Shown in pieces: positions 18,732 to 30,600 of a stretch of 64,000 nucleotides of DNA. Location: positions 54,513 through 118,512 of the forward strand of contig JAZKZH010000001.1 of assembly GCA_045612545.1 (NCBI GenBank). Direction: 5' to 3'. How positions within the stretch are numbered: the first letter of the stretch is position 1; each line of letters begins with the position of its first letter. Position numbers and translations under genes: made by a program. Source of the DNA: Eubacteriales bacterium (GTDB lineage: Bacteria; Bacillota; Clostridia; Oscillospirales; CAG-382). The notes beneath the pieces were generated by a model that was given only the letters and a program-made list of their open reading frames with translations, ran no database searches and was not told the DNA's origin.

Positions 18732-19886
18732 ATGTTATATATCCGACCGGGCAGTCAGGTCCGGCAGCTTCTTACACTTCTTTCCTTCGTTGGTGAATAT
18801 CCTTTTCGTTCACTTCATCTGCTGGGTAATGAACGTGTTTATAAAGCGTTGGTCCATAAGCTAACCACTGTTCAGACTTATCGATTCCCCCAGACCGAAA
18901 CAGAACTGACGACACGACTGCTTACCGTTACCGGAAAAGCAAACCAGAAAACGCTCCGACTGTACAAGAGTGCACTTCCGATACTGGATTGGATCCACCC
19001 CGCTGCCAATCGGTATTATCTGGAGGCATTCTGGAACCATCACTTCCCCGGCAACAAAGCGCATCGCGACAGAAATCACCGTGTTGCAGAAGCAGTAGCA
19101 ATGTGCATGCGGGCAGGAATCGAATCTCGACCGTACATCCTGCCACAGCTTCAAAACCAACGAATCGCCAAACTGATTCCCAATGAGCCTTGTTTCTATC
19201 TCGCCAAAGAGCTTAAGCGACTCGGTGATATAGAAATGAAAAAAATAATGTTTACCCGTATGGTTGGGACAATCTATGCCGGAAACATCTCTTACGTCAT
19301 TTACAACACACGAGACTCGGTTATGAAATGGAGCGGTAAGGGTGAATTCAAAACGCTCCATGGTGTTACCGACATCAGCCGCTTGAATGCCGGCTTTGAT
19401 GCGACACCTTCAGCAGTTCTCTTCGGTGAGTCTGAGAATGTAGCACTCAATACGCTTATAGAATCGGATAAGTCCATACGCCCTGAATTCCGATTCGATA
19501 TCATCTATCGAAACATTCATTTTATCCCTATGAATGAATTCGGGATCCGACAGCTCAGATTCCTCTCTGTACCGGACTGGAAAGAAAAGCTGCTTGATCT
19601 GATTTTCGAGCCCGGGGTTCGAACTTACAACCGCGGGCTTTTTGAATATGATGCCAGAATTAACGGCAGCTACGTATTTTCGCATTTGGATAGCGACTTG
19701 GCAAGGCTTGTTCGCTTCAAGGAAGCAATCACAAACCAAAATGGAAAGTATGAGGTTCTCTGTTATCCTCACCAGACGCACTTTCTCCGAGAATATTTGG
19801 GCCAGCTTGTTACGATCAAGACCATCGATATGGACTCGGTGGAAGCGGAACTCGATCCGAAAAGGAGGAATCTACTTGAACAATAA
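18732..19886 (+). CDS. Hypothetical element protein immediately upstream of the coupling protein (positional relaxase candidate only)
   Basis: 384 aa whose stop overlaps the T4CP start. No relaxase His/Tyr motifs could be recognised by eye. Confidence 0.5.
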   Translation: MLYIRPGSQVRQLLTLLSFVGEYPFRSLHLLGNERVYKALVHKLTTVQTYRFPQTETELTTRLLTVTGKANQKTLRLYKSALPILDWIHPAANRYYLEAFWNHHFPGNKAHRDRNHRVAEAVAMCMRAGIESRPYILPQLQNQRIAKLIPNEPCFYLAKELKRLGDIEMKKIMFTRMVGTIYAGNISYVIYNTRDSVMKWSGKGEFKTLHGVTDISRLNAGFDATPSAVLFGESENVALNTLIESDKSIRPEFRFDIIYRNIHFIPMNEFGIRQLRFLSVPDWKEKLLDLIFEPGVRTYNRGLFEYDARINGSYVFSHLDSDLARLVRFKEAITNQNGKYEVLCYPHQTHFLREYLGQLVTIKTIDMDSVEAELDPKRRNLLEQ

Positions 19887-21738
19887 GAAACGAATGGTAG
19901 CGATCATCATTGCTATCATACTGGGATGTGCAGGGCTCTTGTATCTGGGCGGAATGATTGCACAGGTCTTGACCAATTACTCCATCTGGATGTCCGATGG
20001 AGGGATCGCCGGTCAGTCTACCATGAAGCCCGTGAGCTGGAACCCGCTGATATGCTATCCGCTGGCATTCACAGGAAACGGTCTCAAAGGCATGCTTTTG
20101 ATTCTATTAATAGCAGGCGTTATTACCGCTTATATCAAGCTTCATGATAAGTTTAGCGGAAAGCAACACGATCCCAGGGGCTTTACGAAAAGCAAATCCG
20201 GTATCTACGGTACCGCCTCTTGGATGGATGAAAAAGAAATGAAAGCAGTTTTAGAGATATCGCCTGTTTCGAGCGCAGAAGGAACGATTCTTGGCGAGTA
20301 TAAGGGGAAAGCTGTCTGTATGCCGAAGGACACCCGACTCAACCGACATATCGCCATCTTCGGTGCATCGGGTACTATGAAATCCCGCGCCATTATACGC
20401 AACGCACTGTTTCAAGCGCTCAAGCAAGGCGAGTCGGCCATTGTAACCGACAGCAAAGGCGAAATGTATGCAGATACTTCGGAGATGTTTCGCAAAGAAG
20501 GCTACGATGTGAAAGTCTACAACCTTGTCACACCAGAGCACGGAGATTCGTGGAACTGTATGTCAGACTTGAACGGTGATACTCTGATGGCGCAGGTGTT
20601 GACCAATGTCATTATCAGCAACACCAGTTCGGGCAAAGGCGATCACTTCTGGGATAACGGCGAAGGCAATCTGCTGAAGGCGCTTATCTTACTGGTAGAC
20701 CAAGACAGGACGCGAAGCCCTGATATGAAGCATTTATCCGCAGTGTATCAGTTGCTAACGCGGAACAGTGAACGACAACTCACCGCAATGTTCGAGAAGC
20801 TCCCCTTTGACCATCCTGCCCGTGCTCCATTTAGTTTGTTTGCTCAGTCAAGCGACACCGTCAAATCGGGCATCATACTTGGTTTGGGCACGCGCCTCCA
20901 GGTGTTTCAAAACACCGCAGTTCAAAAAATCACAAGCCGTTCCGACATTGACCTTACCTCACCAGCTAAAAGAAAATGTATTTATTATATCATACTGAGC
21001 GACCAGGATGCGACGATGGCATTTCTGTCATCGCTCTTTTTCTCGTTTATGTTTATCAAATTAACTCGGTATGCTGACAGCCGACCGGGTGGACGCTGCG
21101 ACGTGCCCGTAAATTTGGTACTGGATGAGTTTAACAACGTTGGGCGTATCGGCGGAGCAGAAGACGGATCCGATTTCGCCCGTTCGCTTTCCGTTGTCAG
21201 ATCCAGAGATATTCGAGTTATGTTGGCAGTACAGAGCCTTGGTCAGCTACAGAATCGATACCCGAAGAATCTTTGGGCGGAGATCATCGGCAACTGTGAT
21301 GTCCAATTGATGCTTGGATGCACCGATGACGTTACCGCAGAGTACTTCTCTGCCAGATCGGGAGATATGTCGGTACAGGTTAACTCGACTATGACGGTCC
21401 GCAAAACCATTGCCATTGCACAGTTGATACCGCAATACCGTCATACTGAAGGCCATGGGCGAAGAAGGTTGCTCACCCCGGACGAGGTCCTGAGACTTCC
21501 CAACGAAGAAATGCTCTGTGTCATACGCGGTTGTAACGTGTTGAAACTCAACAAGCTTGACTTCACCAAGCATCCTATATCCAAACAGATCCAAAAAGCA
21601 TCTGTTTATGAGTATACGCCGGCAACAGTCAGCAGCGAGCCAATTCTAAGCGAGTCTACCGCAGAGCATAGCCCCGAAAAGAAAACGTCAACTAAAAAAA
21701 CCTTATACAGTTCGGCTACCCCGCCAACTGAATTTTAA
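19876..21738 (+). CDS. Type IV coupling protein (VirD4/TraG family)
   Basis: TTG start 7 nt after AGGAGG. Two N-terminal TM helices, Walker A-like GASGTMKSRA and Walker B VLDEFNNVG. Confidence 0.88.
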   Translation: MNNKKRMVAIIIAIILGCAGLLYLGGMIAQVLTNYSIWMSDGGIAGQSTMKPVSWNPLICYPLAFTGNGLKGMLLILLIAGVITAYIKLHDKFSGKQHDPRGFTKSKSGIYGTASWMDEKEMKAVLEISPVSSAEGTILGEYKGKAVCMPKDTRLNRHIAIFGASGTMKSRAIIRNALFQALKQGESAIVTDSKGEMYADTSEMFRKEGYDVKVYNLVTPEHGDSWNCMSDLNGDTLMAQVLTNVIISNTSSGKGDHFWDNGEGNLLKALILLVDQDRTRSPDMKHLSAVYQLLTRNSERQLTAMFEKLPFDHPARAPFSLFAQSSDTVKSGIILGLGTRLQVFQNTAVQKITSRSDIDLTSPAKRKCIYYIILSDQDATMAFLSSLFFSFMFIKLTRYADSRPGGRCDVPVNLVLDEFNNVGRIGGAEDGSDFARSLSVVRSRDIRVMLAVQSLGQLQNRYPKNLWAEIIGNCDVQLMLGCTDDVTAEYFSARSGDMSVQVNSTMTVRKTIAIAQLIPQYRHTEGHGRRRLLTPDEVLRLPNEEMLCVIRGCNVLKLNKLDFTKHPISKQIQKASVYEYTPATVSSEPILSESTAEHSPEKKTSTKKTLYSSATPPTEF

Positions 21739-21755
21739 TAAATAGGAGGAAGCAT

Positions 21756-22934
21756 ATGCCTACCAAAAAGCAACTAGAACTTCCCGAAGAGTTGAACGCT
21801 CCTTTGGAAGATTTTAAGCAGCCCCAGACTGCTCAAGAGATCCAGTCAAATCCGATTGTAGCCGATGAAGAGTCGATCTCCATTGATGAAAAAGCTGCAA
21901 CTGCCCAGACCGAAGACGAAACTGTCAAAAAGCCTCGGCGGAGTAAGAAGGCTGACATCGATGATCCCCAGACTGATAAGGAAACTGCAACAGCAACGCC
22001 CAAAAGAACGCGTGTACCCGCCAAACCTTCCGTTCCCGTGCTTTCCATTGATGACCGTCCCACAGTTGAAACAGAAGCGGACAAGGCGCAGAACGATTTG
22101 CTCGATCTCCTCGAATCACAGCGGACAGGACGTATCCTTTCGGGAACGATTCAAGGCGTGGAGCATTCGGAAGATAACCCTGACCTTTCCTTCGCAGTCA
22201 TCTATCACGGTGAATTCAAGGTCATTATTCCCGCAACCGAAGCGGTAGATCCTCCCGAAGATTACCGCGGGCGTAACCCGAACGATGTTCATCACTATAT
22301 GCTTACCAAACGCTTGGGAGCTGAAGTGGATTATATCGTGAAAGGTATTGATCCCACCTCGGGTATTGCCGCCGCAAGCAGATTGGAGGCTATGCGTGCA
22401 AGACGCAAGGAATTCTATTTCGGTACAGACCGAGATGGCAACAACCTGGTTTACGCAGGTGTTTGTGCGGAAGCAAGAATCGTATCTGTTATCCGCGCGG
22501 GCATTTTTATCGATCTGTTTGGCCTGGAACTCTACATTCCGTTGCGAGAACTGAGCTATCAGAGATGGATGGACGCGGCAGCGCATTTCCAACCCGGTCA
22601 GCGTGTTCTTGTCAAGGTTCTTGACGTAGACCGCAGGGACCGCAACAACATCAAGGCTTCCGCATCCGTAAAACAAGCGGGCGAAAACCCGTATGAGAAA
22701 GCGCTTCGAAAATATTCCGTTGGGAACCGTTACGTCGGTACTGTCAGTATGGTAGACGTTAACGGCGTGTTTGTAGCGTTGGACGGCGGTATAGACTGCC
22801 TTTGCAGTTACCCGAAGCGCGGCCGTCCGCCCAGAGGGGCTCGCGTAACTGTTAGAATTCTCGGAATCAATCATGAAACCAATCGAATCTGGGGTGCAAT
22901 CACCCATATAACAACGCAAGGTAACTTGCCTTGA
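21756..22934 (+). CDS. S1 RNA-binding-domain protein with an acidic/lysine-rich N-terminus
   Basis: Three S1-like segments (GRILSGTIQGV…, ARIVSVIRAGIFIDL…, GNRYVGTVSMVDVNGVFVAL…). Confidence 0.65.
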   Translation: MPTKKQLELPEELNAPLEDFKQPQTAQEIQSNPIVADEESISIDEKAATAQTEDETVKKPRRSKKADIDDPQTDKETATATPKRTRVPAKPSVPVLSIDDRPTVETEADKAQNDLLDLLESQRTGRILSGTIQGVEHSEDNPDLSFAVIYHGEFKVIIPATEAVDPPEDYRGRNPNDVHHYMLTKRLGAEVDYIVKGIDPTSGIAAASRLEAMRARRKEFYFGTDRDGNNLVYAGVCAEARIVSVIRAGIFIDLFGLELYIPLRELSYQRWMDAAAHFQPGQRVLVKVLDVDRRDRNNIKASASVKQAGENPYEKALRKYSVGNRYVGTVSMVDVNGVFVALDGGIDCLCSYPKRGRPPRGARVTVRILGINHETNRIWGAITHITTQGNLP

Positions 22935-22949
22935 CAGAAAGGAGAGAAC

Positions 22950-23360
22950 ATGACACATGACATTAGCAAGGCGGAACAGCGACGGCGAAAAGAGATTGCC
23001 GAACATACGCGACAAATGATCACGAAGCAACTGCAGATTGATAATCAAGACGAAACGTCGATTATGACCGATTACCGCGATTATTATCTGCAGATCTCTT
23101 TTTCCGAACTCCATCCTTTGATGGTATTCTGCCTTGCAAAAGCACTTACCCATCCCGGCACATACAAGCAATGCGAGATCACCAATCACCTGAATCTAAG
23201 GAGTGTCTTGGGAAGCCACGCCATCAATGATGAAGTAGGCTGCTATTCTTACCGCGCAACGCATTGGTTGGATACTGAGTTGGAAGCAGATCGTTTTTAT
23301 GAGATTCTCGACAGATGCGTCGATGAAGCAAACCGAGGTTTTGTAAAACTTGCGGTCTAG
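22950..23360 (+). CDS. Hypothetical protein
   Basis: 136-aa ORF with a good RBS (AAAGGAGAG). No motif recognised. Confidence 0.5.
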   Translation: MTHDISKAEQRRRKEIAEHTRQMITKQLQIDNQDETSIMTDYRDYYLQISFSELHPLMVFCLAKALTHPGTYKQCEITNHLNLRSVLGSHAINDEVGCYSYRATHWLDTELEADRFYEILDRCVDEANRGFVKLAV

Positions 23361-23452
23361 AAGTTGTAAATTCCCCTTCTCATTCGTGTAATGATTGTGT
23401 AGCATACATTCTTGATGCTTGCTATAACAAAAATCGAAAGAGGATCAAAAGC

Positions 23453-24538
23453 ATGAAGAGAATCATACTTACAGTTTTCATTACCCTATTTATCCTTTTG
23501 GGAATAGCTGGTTGTGAAGACAACATTCACGACGCTACGACCCCCACGACGAGTGCTGCGGTATCTGAGACTTCATTTGCAGAAAGCCCTTCTGAATTCA
23601 TTGATGACAAGAGCGACAATGTCCCCGAAAAATCCACGGAGAGCGAGTATTCACAAACGCAACCCATTGCCTCTGGTAGCGAATCAAGCGAGACTATTCA
23701 TAGCGAGAGTGACGAATCGAGCACATCTGAAGAAGCCTTCCAACAATCATCCAAGGAAGAAACAGGTGAGAAAGACGAAAATCCTTCTATTCCTCAAGCG
23801 CCCATCGAAGAAGACACCGGGGAGCTCTCCACAGCAGGAAGTGACCCGGAAGAGCTCCACCCCGAAGCATCCACTCCAAGCAATGAGAGCGCAGAAGAAA
23901 GCTCGGTTCCCGAAACAAGTGAAGCTGAACCTTCAGCGCCGGAACCAAGCGAAGAGAATAAAGAAGAGGCTTCAATTCCCGAGCCAAGCGATTTTCTGCA
24001 ACCGGATACTTCTGACATTTCCGATGAAATTGAACCTGACGAGTCAGAGGCAGAAGTATCTGAATCAAGCGAAGTTAGTGAGGAAGATAGTTTTATTCCC
24101 GAACCCATCGAAGAAGAATCTTCTGCTCCTGAATCGAGCGAAGAAAACGAAACTTCACTTCCCGAAGTGAGTGCTCTGCCCGAAGGATCCTCTTCACCGG
24201 ATACAAGCGAACCAGATGATGTTCTGCTGACCGAACAGGAACACAACCATATTATGTCAGAGGTCATTGCATACGCAGAAAGCTATTCTGCCAAAGGATT
24301 TGTCTTTGAATGGAACGAGTCGATGACGTTCGGATGGGATGTGGGCTTTATGGGAACGCCAAGAGTTAAATATGACGGAGTTGACGGTGTGATCAAAATG
24401 CTGAAGCACCATATCGACCTCATATATCAAACATCAACCGATCCTATGTACGGACTGACCACCAACTATATGACATACAAAATAGAGCAAGTGATTGTAG
24501 ATGGTGACCTTGCCTATGTGGTCATCTACGGAGGATAA
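23453..24538 (+). CDS. Lipoprotein with a long acidic Ser/Glu/Pro-rich linker
   Basis: Signal peptide plus lipobox LLGIAGC, ~220 aa of low-complexity S/E/P sequence, and a globular C-terminal ~110 aa. Confidence 0.7.
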   Translation: MKRIILTVFITLFILLGIAGCEDNIHDATTPTTSAAVSETSFAESPSEFIDDKSDNVPEKSTESEYSQTQPIASGSESSETIHSESDESSTSEEAFQQSSKEETGEKDENPSIPQAPIEEDTGELSTAGSDPEELHPEASTPSNESAEESSVPETSEAEPSAPEPSEENKEEASIPEPSDFLQPDTSDISDEIEPDESEAEVSESSEVSEEDSFIPEPIEEESSAPESSEENETSLPEVSALPEGSSSPDTSEPDDVLLTEQEHNHIMSEVIAYAESYSAKGFVFEWNESMTFGWDVGFMGTPRVKYDGVDGVIKMLKHHIDLIYQTSTDPMYGLTTNYMTYKIEQVIVDGDLAYVVIYGG

Positions 24539-24612
24539 AAAACAATATCATGCAAAGGCACCGTGATAACAAATTTACGGTGCCTTTTCCATTTCAAAAA
24601 CGGAGGAAACAC

Positions 24613-27600
24613 ATGAAAAACAAAAAGATCTATGCCTTTGCGGTGTTACTATTGGCCATTGTAATGACCTTGGCGTTTACCGCTGTCACGATTTCTGCAG
24701 CAGAAGTAACAATGGATCTAAGCAAGGCAAAAGTGTCGGAGGAATATACCCTTAAGGATGCTGAAGGGAACGTATTCACAGCCTATTACGGATTAAAAGC
24801 GGAAGACAATCCGTTTGGCTACGAGATCAAACCCAAGCAAAGGGACATGCACGACTATATTGCAGTCAGTCCAACAGCTCCGGAGAGCAAAAGTGATTGG
24901 ATCTATGGGCAGGACTATCTATATTGCTTTTGCATCGAGCACGGGATCCCTTTGCCGGATAAATCAAATTACAGCGGTTCCGGAGAAACCGGTTACGGAA
25001 ACAAATACGAACAGCTTTCCGAAAACCAAAAGACGCTGCTATCTCTTGCGCTGGCATACGGATACCCCAACCGCACGGATATTGAGACAAGTAAGGATGC
25101 AAACGCTTGCTACAGCGCAACACAGCTCATTGTCTGGCAGATCACGCTCGGCTTCAGAAGCTCTGCCACGGAGTTGGATGACAAGACGTATCCTATGGAT
25201 GGATATACCGGCACGATGACTGAGCAGTATACCGATAATCCGTATTTAAAGGAGTATTACGATCTGATCCTGACGGATATGACTTCCCATTATATGCGTC
25301 CAAGCTTTACCGGTAATGTCCCTGCCACGGCTCCGTCATATGAAATGCAGTATGCGGATGGAAAATACAGTATCACGCTTACAGATACAAACCAAGTGTT
25401 ATCCAACTACAAGGTATCTGTCAGCGGTGGTGCTACTGTTTCAATTAATGGAAATCAATTAACGATCAGTTCGGCAAAGCCGATTACAAATGCAATTACC
25501 ATTAAGCTCAACCGGAAGATGCCCAAGACCACCCTTACTACAGGCTTCCTGATCTGGTCTGTGGCAGGCAACGAGGATAGAAACCAGGACATGGTTTCCG
25601 GTGTTCCGGCAAACAATGACCCGGTTCCTGCATATTTGAAAGTCGTCTCCCCTACCGGCTCTGCAAAAATCGTTAAAACTTCGGAAGATGGAAAGATTGA
25701 TGGTATTCGGTTTACTATCACCGGAAACGGTATAGACAAAACTGTTTCGACCGATGAAAATGGTGAAATCACCATTTCGGATTTGACACCGGGTGCATAT
25801 ACAGTTACCGAGCATACCGACAATGTATACGAACCGCAGGAACCTAGAACGGTGACTATTGTTTCCGGGCAAACAACAACCGTTTCATTTAACAACATGC
25901 TGAAGCTGGGGCATCTTGTGGTTACAAAAACCAGTGAAGACGGATTGACCAGCGGTGTACTATTCCGACTTTACGGCACCTCCGAAAGCGGCACGTATGT
26001 AGATAAGTATGTTTCTACAGATGGATCTGGGAAAGCTTTCTTCACCAATATTCCAATCGGCTCCGATTATATCCTTGAGGAAATGGCAACAAAGGATTTT
26101 TATATAACGCCAGTCAAGCAAACAGTTGAAATTGAGTGGAAACAAGCAACTACCAAGGCCGTAAGCAATGCTCTAAAAAAAAGTGAACTAAGAGTCATCA
26201 AAACTGCCGAAGACGGTATGGTAGAAGGCGTAACATTCCATCTTACGGGCACTTCGGATTCAGGGGCCAAGGTAGATCTGTATGCAACAACGGATGCAAC
26301 CGGTGTTGCAATTTTTAAAGATGTCCTTATAGGTTCCAACTACACGCTATCCGAAGAGAATACCGAATTCAAGTATATCACCCCGGTCAGCCAAGATACT
26401 GCGATCGAATGGAATCATATTACCGAGAAGAGTTTTTACAATGAGCTTAAACGTGGTGATTTGACCGTCACAAAGACTTCCGAAGACGGTTTGGTGGAAG
26501 GAATCACATTCAGGCTTTACGGCACGGCTGAATGCGGCCAGCATGTAGATGTGTATGCCACCACCGATAGCGAAGGAAAAGCGTATTTCAAAGATGTTTT
26601 GATCGGTTCCGAATATACTCTGGAAGAATGCGAGGTGAGTGAAAAGTATATCACCCCTATCGCGCAAACAAACGTATCGGTGGAATGGAATAGGGTTTCG
26701 GAGAGAGCTTTTTACAACGAGCTGAAACGTGGCAGCTTGACAGTCACCAAAACCGCAGATGACGGTTTGATAAGCGGAATTACCTTCCGCTTGTACGGAA
26801 CATCCATCAGCGGCGGAAACGTGGACTTGCAAGCCACAACGAATGAATCCGGGAAAGCAACCTTTTCGGACGTCTTGATCGGTTCAAATTATACGTTGGA
26901 GGAAGTTGCGACAGATAGCAAATATATGACTCCCCTTGAGCAAATCGTTGTGATCCAATGGGCAAAGGTAACCTTTGCGGAGATGCACAATGCGTTAAAT
27001 CACGGTGAATTACTGATCACCAAGGCTTCCGAGGACGGAAAAGTTGACGGTGTCCGCTTTACCATTACCGGAAACGGCGTGAACAAAACTGTTATGACCG
27101 ATTCCAACGGTGAGATCAAAATCCAAGACCTCCTACCCGGTACTTACACGGTAACCGAACAAAACGAAGATTACTACGAACCTCAGCCAGGCAAGACTGT
27201 GACGGTGGTGCATAATCAAACTGCTACAGTGCATTTTGAAAATATCCTCAAGCGCGGTGATCTGACCGTAACCAAGACAGCCGAGGACGGGCTGACGGAA
27301 GGTATTCGGTTCCGCCTTGCCGGCACTTCCGACAGCGGCGCCAAGATCGATGTAACCGCTACCGTAGACAACACAGGGAAAGCATATTTCAAGGACATCC
27401 TCATTGGTAGCGGTTATACGTTGGAAGAAGTGAATACCGATCTCAAATATATCGTACCCGATAGCCAGAATGTGGAGATTGAATGGAATACGGTAACTTC
27501 GGCACATGTACATAATACGTTGAAGCGAGGGGATCTAAAGGTAGTCAAAACATCTGAAGATAACTTCGTAGAAGGTATAAAGTTCCGACTCTATGGCACA

Positions 27601-30600
27601 TCACTCTCCGGCGAGAAGGTCAATGTATTCGCATATACAGACAAGGACGGTGTAGCACACTTTGATGATATTCTCATCGGCGAGCACTACACCGTAGAGG
27701 AAGTGGAAAACGCCGAGCGATATATCACCCCCAACAGTCAAACTGTCGCGATCGAATGGAACAAGGTAACCCAAAAGGACTTCTATAACGAGCTGAAACG
27801 CGGTGCCCTCAAGGTTATCAAAACCGCTGAAGATAACCTCGTAGAAGGAATCAAGTTCCGCCTCTACGGAACATCGCTCTCCGGTGAAAAAGTGGACATT
27901 TACGCCTACACCGATAAAAACGGTGTAGCTTTTTTTGAAGACATCCCTATTGGCCAAAATTACACCGTGGAGGAAGTTGACGCCTCTATCCGTTATGTCG
28001 TACCCGAAGGTCAGAACATCGACATCAACTGGAATGAAATAACGGAAGTTGAGATTCATAATGTCCTTAAAAAGTGGAGAGCGGAAGTATTCAAAATCGA
28101 CAGAGCGCTTTCGAATGAGCATGTCGAAATCCAAGATGAATTGCTGCCAAGGCTTTTCACGCTAACTTCTCACGAACAGGTAAATGTTCTTGGCGCTCCT
28201 TACGGACAGTCCCAGGGTAATGCTACCCTCGAAGGCGCGGTCTACGGTGTGTACAAGGACGGTGCGCTCATCGACACCTATATCACTGACAAAAACGGAT
28301 ATTTCCTTACTGACTACTATCCTTGCTACGAGAACGTGGAATGGATGATCCGTGAGATCAGCCCCAGTGAAGGATATCTGCTGGACGATACCGTCTATGA
28401 TATCGACACCTACGCAGGGCTTTACACCGTGGAACTAAACACCGTCTATCCCGACGTGTATGAGGACATCATCAAGGGCAAGATCACCATCATCAAGCAT
28501 ACCGATGACGGCTCCACCAAGATCGAAACTCCCGAAGTCGGTGCCATGTTTGAGATCTATCTCAAGAGTGCAGGCAGCTATGAAGTCGCCGAAACCACCG
28601 AAAGAGATATCCTCACCTGTGATGAGTTCGGCTATGCCGAAACCATCGACTTGCCTTACGGCGTGTACGTGGTAAAGCAGATCAAGGGCTGGGAAGGCCG
28701 TGATCTGCTCGATCCCTTTGAGGTGTTCGTCAGTGAGGACGGCGAAGTATATCGCTATCTCATCAACAACGCCAATTTCGAGTCCTATCTCCACGTGGTC
28801 AAGGTGGACGGCACGACCGGAAATACCATCCCTTATGCGGGAGCAGGTTTTCAGGTCTACGCACCCGACGGCAAGCTCGTCACCATGAGCTACACCTACC
28901 CGACACTGACTGTGATCGACACCTTCTACACCAACGAGGAAGGTACGCTTCTCACCCCCGAAAAGCTCCCTTACGGCGAGGGCTATTACCTTGTGGAGGT
29001 GCAGGCACCCCACGGTTACGTCCTCGATGCTACTCCTATCTACTTTGACGTGACTGAGGAAAACTCCGCCGATGAAAACGGCATTACACTCGTCAAGGTA
29101 GTCAAGGAGAACGAACCGCAGAAAGGAACGATCACAATCACCAAGACCGGTGAGGTCTTCACCTCTGTGGTGGAATCCAATGGAGCATATCAGCCCGTAT
29201 ATGAGATCAAGGGCTTGGCAGGTGCGGTCTATGAGATCACTGCCGCCGAGGATGTGGTAACCCTCGACGGTACGATCCGCTATAAGAAGGGCGACGTCGT
29301 TGCCACCATCACCACAGATGCAGACGGAACAGCTACCACCGAGCCGCTGTTCCTCGGCAAATTTGAAATCCGTGAAATTACAGCCCCTTGCGGTATGCTT
29401 TTGAACGGCGACACCGTAACTGCAGAGCTGACCTACGCCGGACAGGAGATCAAGATCACAGCCACCTCCGCAGCTTTCGTCAATGAAAGACAGAAGGTAG
29501 AAATCGACCTTACCAAGACCTTGGAACAGGACGAGAAATACCATATCGGTATGAATGGTGAGATCACCTCCGTCAAGTTCGGCTTGTATGCCTCTGAGGA
29601 TATCACCGCAGCTGACGGTAATATCATCCCCAAAGACGGTCTCATTGAAACCGTAACCTGCGACGAAAACGGCAAGGCGGTATTCATGGCTGATCTTCCC
29701 GTGGGCGCAAAGGTATATGTCAAGGAGATCGCAACCGACAACTACTATATCCTCGACCACAGCACCTATACCGTGACCTTCGACTATGCAGGCCAGGACA
29801 CCGCGGTGGTGAAGATCTCCGTGAATAACGGCGAAGCCATCACCAATGAGATTATCCGTGGCAACATCATCGGCAAGAAACTGGCTGAGGACGGCTTCAC
29901 CATCTGCGGTGCGTTCTTCGGTCTCTTCTGCGAAAACGAAACCGAGTTCACTGAAGAAATAGCCCTTGCTACCTGCCAGTCCAATGAGATCGGTGTCTTC
30001 ACCTTCGAGGATGTACCCTTCGGCAGATGGATCGTCCGTGAGATCAAAGCAGCTCCCGCATTCGTACTGAACGAAAACAGTTACGCTGTAACCGTAAGCA
30101 CAGACGAGGAAGTGATCGAGATCACCATCGAGAATGAGTTCATCACCGGCTCGGTCAAGACCACGAAGGTGGATAAGGAATACCCCGACAACAAGCTGTC
30201 CGGTGCTGTTTTTGAAGTCTATGTGGACGTGGACGGCAACGGCGAATTCAATCCCGAAATCGACCTCTTGGTAGGCGAGATGACCGAAACCGAGGACGGC
30301 ATCTATGAGATGCACGACCTTCGCTATAACGGATATTTCCTCTATGAAAAGACCGCGCCCGAAGGCTTTCTCAAGGATGAGGACTACCACTATTTCGAAA
30401 TCAGAAACGACGGCGAAACCGTTATCGTAGAAAACGAGGCAGGCGTTGGCTTTGTGAACAACCCCCTGCTTGCCAATTTGAAAATTGTCAAATCTTCTAC
30501 CGATGGACAGCTGGAAGGCTTTTCGTTCCGTATCACCGGGCCAAACTACGACGCAGTATATACAACTGATAGCGGAGGTGAAATTTTCGTTGAAAATCTG

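Noticed and set aside
23514-24267. Alternative-frame ORFs across the acidic lipoprotein gene: a 218-aa basic + frame and a 157-aa minus frame.
   Set aside because: They are frame artefacts of the repetitive GAA/AGC-rich low-complexity region. Only the 23453 frame has a signal peptide, a lipobox and an RBS.
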